Shown: positions 16,312 through 24,000 of the stretch, one piece after another | Position numbering within the stretch: position 1 is the stretch's first letter | Layout of the letters: each line of letters begins with the position of its first letter | Notes under the pieces: model-generated | Told to the model about the DNA's origin: nothing | Seen by the model: only the letters and a program-made list of their open reading frames with translations | Database searches by the model: none | Made by a program: the position numbers and the translations under genes | Assembly (NCBI RefSeq): GCF_003390375.1 | Contig: NZ_QUOT01000001.1 | Coordinates: 1,927,822 to 1,951,821 of the forward strand | DNA length: 24,000 nt | Direction of reading: 5' to 3' | From: Thalassotalea euphylliae | Lineage (GTDB): Bacteria > Pseudomonadota > Gammaproteobacteria > Enterobacterales > Alteromonadaceae

Positions 16312-16893
16312 ATGTATGCCAATTTACCAAATTTACAATCACCTAACACTCAACTAACCAGTACTCAACCACATAGTTCAAATATTACGAAGGCAGCAGG
16401 CTTTACCCTGATCGAACTTGTTGTCGTAATTGTCATCTTAGGTATTTTATCAGCTGTGGCTGTGCCACGTTTTATCGACCTATCATCTGATGCTAATGAA
16501 GCAGCACTTGAAGCACTAGCTGGTAGTTTGGAATCAACCGCCAACCTTTATAACAGCAAGGCTTTAGTTGAAAGCCGCACTGATAATGGTTTTGAATTTG
16601 AAGGTATTTTCTTCGATCAAGGATACCCAATTGGCATCTCTTTCAACGACAGCGACAATGTGCCAGAAATTCTTGAAGCCATGAACCTTAGTGATGACTT
16701 CGTTTTCAATACAATTTTTAACGACAGTAATGCTGATAACCAAGTTGCCCGCGGCCTGTATTTAACGAATAAAGCGCCAAATAACTCGCCAACTACTGCA
16801 GAAATTATCGCAACCAACTGTTATGTAAGTTACAAAAGTGCTGTTGTAAATGCAGTAACACCGGAAGTCATTATCGTAACTACTGGTTGCTAG
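16312..16893 (+). CDS. Type IV pilin-like protein (MshA-like N-terminus, prepilin cleavage/methylation site) with a long leader
   Basis: 193-aa ORF with a strong SD (GGAGAAGTAAC-ATG). Motif KAAG30|F31TLIE35LVVVIVILGILSAVAVPRF. C-terminal Cys170/Cys193 pair typical of a pilin D-region disulfide. Confidence 0.8.
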   Translation: MYANLPNLQSPNTQLTSTQPHSSNITKAAGFTLIELVVVIVILGILSAVAVPRFIDLSSDANEAALEALAGSLESTANLYNSKALVESRTDNGFEFEGIFFDQGYPIGISFNDSDNVPEILEAMNLSDDFVFNTIFNDSNADNQVARGLYLTNKAPNNSPTTAEIIATNCYVSYKSAVVNAVTPEVIIVTTGC

Positions 16894-17023
16894 TCTTCGC
16901 TAAGTCTACTGCTAAGCTAAGCGCGCTTGGCAGTGGAAAGTATCCCTAAATTCCCAATCTTGCTGCGTAAAGCAGCTTCAACGCAAATACTCCTAGCAAC
17001 TAATAGTAAGTTTTTCAATATTG

Positions 17024-17602
17024 TTATTTTAATAAGCGCCATAGTGTTCCTTGGTCCGGCACGCCAGTCATTTCAAAACCTATATCAGACTGATATGCCA
17101 TTAATGCAGATTTAGTCGCATCGGTATATTGGCCATCAATTTGACCTTGATATAACTCAAGCTCGCTCAGTTTTTGCTGAAGTTTGCGAATGGTCGCCCT
17201 GTACAAGACAACTTTTCTCTCGCCAATAGTGACAGCGATACGAGGAGACTCCTGTTTAATCCTTACAGGTTCCAACTTCTCAATAATACCGCTTACCACC
17301 TGGTAAAGTTGATTGCTTGGATTACTTTGACAGTGGCTGTCCATTACATTCAGCAGTAACTCCAGTGATTGATAGGCGGTTATGTCATAGGTATCTGTAA
17401 CATATCGATTGTGAGCAGAGATATAACCTTCCAACCAACCGCCAATCATATAGTAAATATTAGAGCGTTTTTGTCTCTCTAAAAGAAATGCCTGACAGGT
17501 TAAAAAGCCTGCTCCTTTCATGGCAAATTTACCGTTAATATCGGCGGCCATTACAGGTAGATTGATCGATAAGAGCAAAACGCTGAACAACAGTGATTTC
17601 AT
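17024..17602 (-). CDS. Secreted protein with a C-terminal peptidoglycan-binding (PG_binding_1-like) domain
   Basis: 192-aa ORF. Signal peptide MKSLLFSVLLLSINLPVMA|A. C-terminal LYQGQIDGQYTDATKSALMAYQSDIGFEMTGVPDQGTLWRLL matches the PG-binding repeat pattern. Confidence 0.7.
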   Translation of the reverse strand: MKSLLFSVLLLSINLPVMAADINGKFAMKGAGFLTCQAFLLERQKRSNIYYMIGGWLEGYISAHNRYVTDTYDITAYQSLELLLNVMDSHCQSNPSNQLYQVVSGIIEKLEPVRIKQESPRIAVTIGERKVVLYRATIRKLQQKLSELELYQGQIDGQYTDATKSALMAYQSDIGFEMTGVPDQGTLWRLLK

Positions 17603-17719
17603 GAGTGATTATATCTAAGAGTTATTTAAGTAATTATAGGTGGTTAGCGTGATTTGCCAGCTTACATCCAATAATTAACTATCAACTGGCAAGCCAAAAC
17701 AAGAGTATTATTTAAAACC

Positions 17720-19540
17720 CTATGCAGTATTTCTTTTACGCAAATGATTACTGTTAGCTGACAAGGATAACACCAGTACGGATAAGGCGAGTAGCATTAG
17801 CAAAACACTGCTGGGTGTAGGTACTGACACCGCGAATGCTTCAATCGGGTTAATTGCACTTCTTACCGCTAAAGTCGTTGGCGGTGGTGGTGTATTATTA
17901 TTAAAGTCAACCACGAAACTCTCTCCTACTTGCAAGTCAAATCCTCCTAACGGGAACATATTGACAAACAAGTTAGGCGATTGAAATAAATCTGCGCCAG
18001 CTGCTAATACATTGCCAATACCTATTTGACGATCAAAACCAAGGATGTCGAAGTTAATTTGTAATAAGTCGATCATCAGTTCTAAATCAAAGTCTAGTAA
18101 TGTTTCATTGGTCAAATTAGCATCAAGGAAAAAGGTTGGTGTAACTGTGGTAACGTCATCAAGAAAAGTGATGTCAGGTAATAAATCCCAAGCAGAGATC
18201 AATTCGGTTACCATTTCTCCACCCACCATCACCGCTTTATCAAAGGCCATAGACACAAACAGTGTTGGCTCTAATTCAAAGTCTTGTTTTAAGTCGATGG
18301 TTGGCCCCATTTGCACATCAATAATATCGTAGCCGATGCTGCCAATGGTACCGATGGGCGCACTAGAGCCAAACAAGCCTGGTACACCTGCCGCGCTGGC
18401 AACAATATTGTCGATGTCAATAAACAAATCCACCAAGTCGTCTTGACCACTGGCTTTAAGGGTATTTGTGTTGGTATCTAGACCTCCACTGGCATTAGGC
18501 TGCGGAAGATGTAAAGTCGCTTCCACTATACCTAGAGCATCTACACTAAATGGAAAGCCATTGGCTTGATCGGGAAAGCCGAATACTGATGGTTGCTGGC
18601 CAAGCAGTGAGACACCACCTTCGCCATCTTGGTTAAAGGATAGTATTGATGCTCTTTCATTAATGTTAAATGGTGTTGAACCTGTGCTACAGCCCGCAGG
18701 TATAATGCAGGCTTCTCCCCCCACAGTTCCACTTAGTTCCATAATTGCATCAACATTAAGCGCTAGGTTGGCAAAAGACGTATCGAGCGTATTGGCGCCA
18801 GCCAATAGGCTGTTAGCATTAAAATTGATTGGGTTAGTTTTATCTAAATTTAACGTATCAGGAAGATCTAACGTGGCTTGATAAGACACTGTGGCATCTA
18901 CTGAGCCACTGCCAATCTCAATACCAAGTTCAATACCAACTCTACCATCAGTAGAGCCTTGTACAGCGACGCCAGTGCGGGTATCCACTTCCAAAAATGA
19001 AGGTGGCGCAGTGCCTAGTGGTGCTACAGGCAAACGTGCCGATTGGCCATTACGACAAACACTCGACGAGAAGCTCTTTCGACATAGAGAGAAAGCCGCA
19101 TCATAAGCCGCCCGTCTTGTTAAATCTGCCGCACGGGCAATTTTGCAAGCCACAGCAAACCGACTGCAACTGCGCACCGATGGCCGGCTTCCCAATTTAG
19201 GAACAAATATGCGCCCGCTTTGGCCATTGATACAAGTGCTTGAGGAATTCCCCAAGGCTCGACAACCAGCAAAAGCAATATCGTAAGCCGCCCGCAACGG
19301 GTTAATCACGTTAACATCTTCTCGACCAGCAATCAGATCAATATCTACTTGTTGATCTTGCCACTGAGCACCCAGAAAACTTCGCTGATCTAACATAAAC
19401 GAGTCACCCGTATCCCAAATACTTTGGCCAGATGTGGTAAAGCTAAGGTCATATTGCAGCAGATTTGCCTGCACAGAATAGGAAATCCCTGTTGAAATAA
19501 GCACAGCCAATTGGCAACAAACGCGCAAAAACTGAGCCAT
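17720..19540 (-). CDS. Large secreted protein of unknown function with a PEP-CTERM-like C-terminal sorting signal
   Basis: 606-aa ORF. N-terminal signal peptide (...LISTGISYSVQA|N). C-terminus VPTPSS + LLMLLALSVLVLSLS + NHLRKRNTA is a variant PEP motif, a TM helix and a basic tail. The body is rich in G/S/T/N/D with no motif I recognise. Confidence 0.65.
   Translation of the reverse strand: MAQFLRVCCQLAVLISTGISYSVQANLLQYDLSFTTSGQSIWDTGDSFMLDQRSFLGAQWQDQQVDIDLIAGREDVNVINPLRAAYDIAFAGCRALGNSSSTCINGQSGRIFVPKLGSRPSVRSCSRFAVACKIARAADLTRRAAYDAAFSLCRKSFSSSVCRNGQSARLPVAPLGTAPPSFLEVDTRTGVAVQGSTDGRVGIELGIEIGSGSVDATVSYQATLDLPDTLNLDKTNPINFNANSLLAGANTLDTSFANLALNVDAIMELSGTVGGEACIIPAGCSTGSTPFNINERASILSFNQDGEGGVSLLGQQPSVFGFPDQANGFPFSVDALGIVEATLHLPQPNASGGLDTNTNTLKASGQDDLVDLFIDIDNIVASAAGVPGLFGSSAPIGTIGSIGYDIIDVQMGPTIDLKQDFELEPTLFVSMAFDKAVMVGGEMVTELISAWDLLPDITFLDDVTTVTPTFFLDANLTNETLLDFDLELMIDLLQINFDILGFDRQIGIGNVLAAGADLFQSPNLFVNMFPLGGFDLQVGESFVVDFNNNTPPPPTTLAVRSAINPIEAFAVSVPTPSSVLLMLLALSVLVLSLSANSNHLRKRNTA
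19004..19297 (-). repeat. Internal duplicated Cys-pair module near the N-terminus of the 606-aa protein
   Basis: aa 82-120 LRAAYDIAFAGCRALGNSSSTCINGQSGRIFVPKLGSRP versus aa 141-179 TRRAAYDAAFSLCRKSFSSSVCRNGQSARLPVAPLGTAP. Shared pattern AAYD.AF..C......SS.C.NGQS.R..V..LG..P. Confidence 0.75.
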
Positions 19541-19755
19541 ACATAGCTCCTTGAGTTAGGCTATTTATGACCACCTAAACCTAGCGTTGCAAGGCTTAGC
19601 ATAAGAGCAATTGTGTGGTGAGGGTTGAGCTATGCAATTTACGGGTCAAGATATTATTCTTACTCATAATCAACAAGCTAAAAATATACAATATAAAATA
19701 AGCCTGCATAGGACTAACGAATGTAAATAAAACTGACAGACTAGAGAAACAAATA

Positions 19756-19800
19756 AAGTCAGTTGTTTGCTCAACAAAAATGTAGATAAACAACTGACTT
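19756..19800 (-). terminator. Long-loop hairpin downstream of the dCache chemoreceptor gene. Candidate terminator or operator.
   Basis: Perfect 13-bp inverted repeat AAGTCAGTTGTTT (19756-19768) / AAACAACTGACTT (19788-19800) with a 19-nt loop. On the minus-strand RNA it is followed by UAUUUGUUUCUCU. The AU-rich stem and large loop lower confidence. Confidence 0.35.
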
Positions 19801-19899
19801 GATAATGCGTTAGTTCGGCTACTCGATATGGCAAATAGCCTAACTTGCAACCAGAGCGATAACTGAATGCTTTGATTAACGCCCTGAAGGGGTAAGCAA

Positions 19900-21810
19900 C
19901 TAAAGCTTAAACTGACTAACCACTTTGGTTAGGTTACTATTAGCACTTGCTAATACTGTGGTTGCGCCGTTCACTTCATCGCTGCTGGCCGCAACCTGCT
20001 CAACCATGTCACTAATGGTCACCATGTTGCGATTAATCTCTTCAGAAACCGAAGACTGCTGCTTAGCTGCAGCGGCAATTTGAATGTTTAAGTCATTAAT
20101 ACCGCCAACTGAATTCACGATCTGATCAAGGTTTTCAACCACTAAATGGGTTTGTTCTGAGGCTTCAACACAGCTTGCTTTTGTCGACTCAATACCATTG
20201 ATAACACTTTGCGAACTTGCATTTAAGCGGTTAATTGTATTGTGAATTTCAGTGGTACTGTCTTGTGTTCTTGACGCTAGTGCTCGCACTTCATCAGCAA
20301 CTACCGCGAAACCTCGGCCTTGTTCGCCAGCACGTGCGGCTTCAATTGCCGCATTCAAGGCAAGTAAGTTGGTTTGCTCTGCAATATCACCAATCACTTT
20401 CAAGACAGCCGAAATATTATCAATTTCTTGTCCCATTTGATTAATTTGGCCTGAAGACTCTTCAACTTTCTCGACCAAATCGCTGACATTTTGGGTCGCA
20501 CCTGAAACCACTTGCTTAGAATGTAACGCTTGCTCGTTAGTGCTCGTGGTCACATTCACTGCGTTTTCAGTGTTATTGGCAACGTCGGTTGAACTTGCAC
20601 TCATTTCATTCAGTGCAGTTGCCACTTGGCTAGTCTCAAGACGGTGCGCTTCTAACACTTCGTTGTTACTTTGACGCAATGCCTGTAGGTCATCGACACT
20701 GGTGGCAATGTACTGACTAGATTCAGCGATATCACGCATCATTGTTTGTAAGTTTTGGATAAAGGTATTGATGTCTCTTGAGATTTCACCCAAGTCATCT
20801 TCACGCTCTACTTTCAAACGCTTGGTTAAATCACCGTTACCATTTGAAAGCTCATTTACCGTTTTCTTCAACGCTTCAACTGGGCGGTAGGCGTAAGAAA
20901 GCAATACGTATATCGCGATAGTCGATAATACAATTAACACAAAGGTGGTCAGGCTTGATGAAACTAAAGAGTCACCCAGAGCGCTATACATGACTGACTT
21001 ATCAATTGCGACCAACATAAACCAAGTAGTGTCTTGGGTAATGGTTACCGTCTCAAAGTAAGCGATTTTATCAATACCTAGTAACTCGAACTCATGCATG
21101 TTTTGCTGCTTTGACAACATGATTTGTTCAAGCTCAACTAGCGGCTCAAAGTCTGACAATCGCGATTCACCCGGCACATCAACCTCGCCAGTAGACGAAA
21201 TCGTCAAGCCGGTATCATCATATAGCGCCGCGATTGAGCCAGGGAAGGTAGCACGCTCAATAAATGGGTCTAATGCTCTAATTGCGATATCGGCAGCTAG
21301 CACCCCTTTAAATTGGCCACTTTGATATAACGGCGTAGCTAAGGTCACCATTAACTGGTTAGAAGCGTTATCTTTGTAAATCTTAGTCACTGTTGTCGAC
21401 GCTTGTCGCTTAGCTTGCTGATACCAAGTGCGCGAGCGTGGGTCTGCGTTACCAGCATTGAACTCACCGTGCTTGTGGCTTAGTCCCATGCCATCTTCAT
21501 AGCCAACAATGATATCGGCAGCAGAAATAGAACGACCAAGGCTGTTTAAGTAACCTTGGATTTTCACTTTGTCGGTAGCGCCTGCAAATAGTTCAGCTGA
21601 TTGCTCAATGCCTTGTTTGATGCTCGACATGTAATTTTGAACTTTCGCGCCATTACTCGACATTTGTAGCGTGGCATATTCATCAACGTTTGCCTTCACT
21701 AATCCAGACAGTTGATAGTAAGCGGAAGTAGCTAAGATGATCATGGAAATTGCTAATAAGCTAATCGCAACCATGACAATGCGGGTTTTGAAATTAAACT
21801 GCTTTTTCAA
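19900..21810 (-). CDS. Methyl-accepting chemotaxis protein with a double-Cache (dCache_1-like) periplasmic sensor
   Basis: 636-aa ORF. N-terminal TM, a periplasmic region of about 260 aa (YEDGMGL..., [23 protein letters not shown]), second TM, HAMP, and MCP tip [38 protein letters not shown]. The predicted start is TTG at 21810, so the exact start is uncertain. Confidence 0.9.
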   Translation of the reverse strand: MKKQFNFKTRIVMVAISLLAISMIILATSAYYQLSGLVKANVDEYATLQMSSNGAKVQNYMSSIKQGIEQSAELFAGATDKVKIQGYLNSLGRSISAADIIVGYEDGMGLSHKHGEFNAGNADPRSRTWYQQAKRQASTTVTKIYKDNASNQLMVTLATPLYQSGQFKGVLAADIAIRALDPFIERATFPGSIAALYDDTGLTISSTGEVDVPGESRLSDFEPLVELEQIMLSKQQNMHEFELLGIDKIAYFETVTITQDTTWFMLVAIDKSVMYSALGDSLVSSSLTTFVLIVLSTIAIYVLLSYAYRPVEALKKTVNELSNGNGDLTKRLKVEREDDLGEISRDINTFIQNLQTMMRDIAESSQYIATSVDDLQALRQSNNEVLEAHRLETSQVATALNEMSASSTDVANNTENAVNVTTSTNEQALHSKQVVSGATQNVSDLVEKVEESSGQINQMGQEIDNISAVLKVIGDIAEQTNLLALNAAIEAARAGEQGRGFAVVADEVRALASRTQDSTTEIHNTINRLNASSQSVINGIESTKASCVEASEQTHLVVENLDQIVNSVGGINDLNIQIAAAAKQQSSVSEEINRNMVTISDMVEQVAASSDEVNGATTVLASANSNLTKVVSQFKL

Positions 21811-22253
21811 AATTTTTTCTCTGTTTTTCTTCTTTGCCTAGGCAAAAATTATTTCCTATAAATAAACATATCCATGTCTTTAATTATTAATCCGTTACTT
21901 CGGCCTTAACTCGACCGTCATTATTATGTAATTGAGTAGACTGCTTAATAACAGCAGTGTTGAGTAACTTCCTCTATTGTGCTCCTTCTATCTTTTTCAT
22001 GCTTTTGGGCAATAGACCACAGTTGACTAAGTAAACAATTAAGCCATTTTAGTTAGATAGCTTTATGTCTAGACATTAACCAAAAACGGGACGATACAAT
22101 ATGGCCAAACTGACCAATTAGTCAATTTATTAGAGGGTGTTAGCGACTGTTTGGAGATTAATTAACCGACCATTTATCAAAGTTCAAAATGGTACGTAAA
22201 AAATGGAATATGCACTCGATTATACCGATTGGCATCAGCTAAAACCTAAGCAT

Positions 22254-22286
22254 AAAAAAACGGCAAGCCTTGGGCTTGCCGTTTTT
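22254..22286. terminator. Rho-independent terminator of mdh (bidirectional architecture)
   Basis: aaaaaaaCGGCAAGCC-ttg-GGCTTGCCGttttt. 9-bp GC-rich stem, 37 nt downstream of the mdh stop. Confidence 0.8.
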
Positions 22287-22322
22287 ACTGAAAGTATGAA
22301 AGCTATTTTATCAGCAAGCTTA

Positions 22323-23258
22323 TTAGCCGTTGATAAAATCAATACCTTCTTTGATGTCTTTGTTTAAGGTTTCAAGCATATCTTCTTTTGCTTTTTGCTC
22401 GAATGCGCTTAATTCACCGTATGAAAGAATTTCTTCAACACCGTTTTTACCTAAACGTACTGGGTGTGCGAAGTATTCTGCGTCACCATCTTCAACTGCA
22501 ACATAAGCGTAATCAACAACTTCTTCACCTTGTAAGCCTTTGATTAATGACATAGTGAAACGTGCCGCCGCAGCGCCCATAGAAAGAGTTGCAGAGCCAC
22601 CGCCAGCTTTAGCGTTAACAACTTCAGTACCTGCGTTTTGAATACGAGGAGTTAGGCTTGCTACTTCTTCTTCAGTAAATTCAACACCTTCTACTTGAGA
22701 AAGTAGTGGCAGAATGGTTGTCCCTGAGTGACCACCAATAACTGGTACTTTAACCGTTGCAACATCAACGCCTTTAAGCTCAGCAATGAAAGCTTCAGAG
22801 CGGATAACGTCAAGCGTTGTTACACCGAATACACGGCCAGCTTCGTAAGTACCTGCTTTTTTGAATACTTCAGCAACAATTGGCACAGTGCCGTTAACAG
22901 GGTTAGTGATAACACCTACTAATGCTTTAGGACAGTTAGCTACGATGCCTTCAGCAAGCGTTTTAACGATACCAGCATTAACATTGAACAAGTCAGCACG
23001 ATCCATACCTGGCTTACGAGGCATACCCGCTGGGATGATTACAATGTCTGCACCGGCTAATGCAGGTGCTAAGTCGTCAGCACCGTAACCTTTAACATTT
23101 ACCGCAGTAGGGATGTGGCTTAAATCAACAGCAACACCAGGAACAACAGGTGCAACATCGTATAATGCTAAGTCAGAACCTGCAGGTAATTGAGTTTTTA
23201 ATAGTAAAGATAACGCTTGGCCGATACCACCAGCTGCGCCTAATACAGCAACTTTCAT
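22323..23258 (-). CDS. mdh: Malate dehydrogenase (NAD-dependent)
   Basis: 311-aa [24 protein letters not shown] Rossmann motif, [25 protein letters not shown]. Full-length match by eye to gammaproteobacterial Mdh. The divergent argR neighbour is conserved synteny. Confidence 0.97.
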   Translation of the reverse strand: MKVAVLGAAGGIGQALSLLLKTQLPAGSDLALYDVAPVVPGVAVDLSHIPTAVNVKGYGADDLAPALAGADIVIIPAGMPRKPGMDRADLFNVNAGIVKTLAEGIVANCPKALVGVITNPVNGTVPIVAEVFKKAGTYEAGRVFGVTTLDVIRSEAFIAELKGVDVATVKVPVIGGHSGTTILPLLSQVEGVEFTEEEVASLTPRIQNAGTEVVNAKAGGGSATLSMGAAAARFTMSLIKGLQGEEVVDYAYVAVEDGDAEYFAHPVRLGKNGVEEILSYGELSAFEQKAKEDMLETLNKDIKEGIDFING

Positions 23259-23650
23259 TGGAATTCTCTCCCGATTTGAGTATTTACTTAATTTTTGTCG
23301 CCCAAAAGATATAGCATTAATCCATAAAAAACAATTAGAGAATCCTCAGGAAGCTTGCCCTTTTCACGCCAATAAGCAATTTTCCTTTACAGTTACATTG
23401 ATAACTTCCCTGAATGTTAATTATGTTTGGACACAAAAAGACACTTATTCACCAAATAACGTTATTTATAATGAGGCAAGAAGCACGGTGCTACCCTATT
23501 CCCACGATTACTTGGTATAGTAGAGCATAGTAGAAAAACAAATGAATGAAATTGGTCTAGAATCAGGCTATTTCAACGAATGGATGCACTTAATTGCGCT
23601 ATGCTTAACCCCAAAAGCGCAAGCGATAACGCAACAGGTAGTATGGCAGT

Positions 23651-24000
23651 ATGATGACAGCACAACAAAAACAAGAAGCCCTAGTTCAAGCATTTAAAGA
23701 CTTACTCAAGCAAGAGCAATTTGGCTCTCAAGGTGAAATAGTTGATGCCTTAAAAGCACAAGGCTTCGACAATATCAGCCAATCAAAAGTCTCGCGCATG
23801 CTCAGTAAGTTTGGCGCGGTACGCACTCGTAACGCCCGTCAAGAAATGGTGTATTGTTTACCCGCCGAATTGGGTGTGCCAACCGCAAAAAGCCCGCTTA
23901 AGCAATTAGTGTTAGATATTGAGCATAATAATGTGATGATCATTATTCGCACTAGCCCAGGCGCTGCGCAATTGATTGCTCGTTTGCTTGATAGCGTCAG
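23651..24000 (+). CDS. argR: Arginine repressor (partial, runs off the window end)
   Basis: Translation from ATG 23651: [77 protein letters not shown]... This is the typical ArgR winged-helix N-terminus. Divergent from mdh as in E. coli. Confidence 0.9.
   Translation, partial: MMTAQQKQEALVQAFKDLLKQEQFGSQGEIVDALKAQGFDNISQSKVSRMLSKFGAVRTRNARQEMVYCLPAELGVPTAKSPLKQLVLDIEHNNVMIIIRTSPGAAQLIARLLDSV

Noticed and set aside
16927-17115. 62-aa plus-strand ORF after the pilin gene.
   Set aside because: It overlaps the 3' end of the convergent PG-binding protein gene, has no SD, and has an uninformative translation.
19596-19850. 84-aa minus-strand ORF in the AT-rich gap between the chemoreceptor and the PEP-CTERM-like gene.
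   Set aside because: It has a TTG start without an SD, spans the 13-bp inverted repeat, and has Phe/Ile/Leu/Ser-rich composition typical of random translation of AT-rich intergenic DNA.
1595-23088. Short ORFs in the track that lie antisense to, or out of frame within, the long genes: 1595..1807, 3018..3200, 4159..4377, 5028..5261, 5255..5503, 5308..5490, 5645..5884, 5655..5858, 7101..7289, 7298..7522, 7594..7881, 8730..9026, 8816..9067, 10062..10406, 10795..10983, 11413..11637, 15464..15823, 16617..16817, 17174..17359, 18045..18332, 18541..18732, 18663..18881, 18891..19106, 18997..19200, 20235..20444, 20252..20440, 21098..21325, 22728..22922, 22861..23088.
   Set aside because: Each is fully embedded in a longer ORF that has clear family motifs. 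Their translations are low-complexity or Ser/Arg/Cys-biased shadow-frame products. None has a recognisable motif or convincing SD.
23411-23424. Possible ARG box (TGAATgttaATTAT) in the mdh-argR intergenic region, expected from ArgR autoregulation.
   Set aside because: Only about 10 of 14 positions match the TGAAT-WWWW-ATTCA core. No adjacent second box with the usual 3-nt spacing was found, and it lies about 230 nt from the argR start. Too weak to call.
23542-23700. Small plus-strand ORF starting MNEIGLESGYF... upstream of and overlapping the argR start in another frame.
   Set aside because: No SD and no recognisable motif. It overlaps a well-supported gene start and is likely a chance ORF in the argR leader.
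1-24000. Looked for tRNA/rRNA genes, CRISPR repeat-spacer arrays, IS element ends, integrase or transposase genes, and phage or defence-type gene cassettes.
   Set aside because: No regularly spaced direct repeats, no cloverleaf-like or rRNA-like conserved segments, and no recombinase or nuclease/ATPase defence-type ORFs were seen. Composition appears uniform by eye, so there is no evidence here for a horizontally acquired island.

Overview
This looks like a chromosomal segment of an AT-rich marine gammaproteobacterium, Alteromonadales-like judging by gene content and protein style. I found no rRNA, tRNA, CRISPR array, transposase or integrase. Housekeeping genes are upp-uraA, mdh and a divergent argR that is cut by the window end. 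The rest is dominated by signalling genes. There are three chemoreceptors: a four-helix-bundle type, an Aer-like PAS type and a double-Cache type. There is also a translationally coupled FIST / PAS-GGDEF-EAL pair, a LuxR-type solo regulator, and a DesK-like HisKA_3 kinase with a NarL-type response regulator. The standout is a compact minus-strand operon at 2068..4467. It encodes a Cys-rich exported precursor, a DUF692/MNIO enzyme and a DUF2063 partner, which is the architecture of bufferin-type (DUF2282) RiPP metallophore clusters. This precursor is unusual. It carries a lipobox and two tandem copies of the Cys-rich core (12 Cys in total), and a 261-nt spacer with a stem-loop separates it from the maturase. 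Other points of interest: a frameshifted MaoC-like hotdog gene; a lux-box-like CTG-N10-CAG palindrome just upstream of the LuxR solo; an orphan MshA-like pilin with a 30-residue leader; a 606-aa secreted protein with a PEP-CTERM-like (VPTPSS) sorting tail and an internal Cys-containing repeat; and an unannotated 54-codon membrane ORF. All family assignments come from reading motifs by eye. No database search was run.
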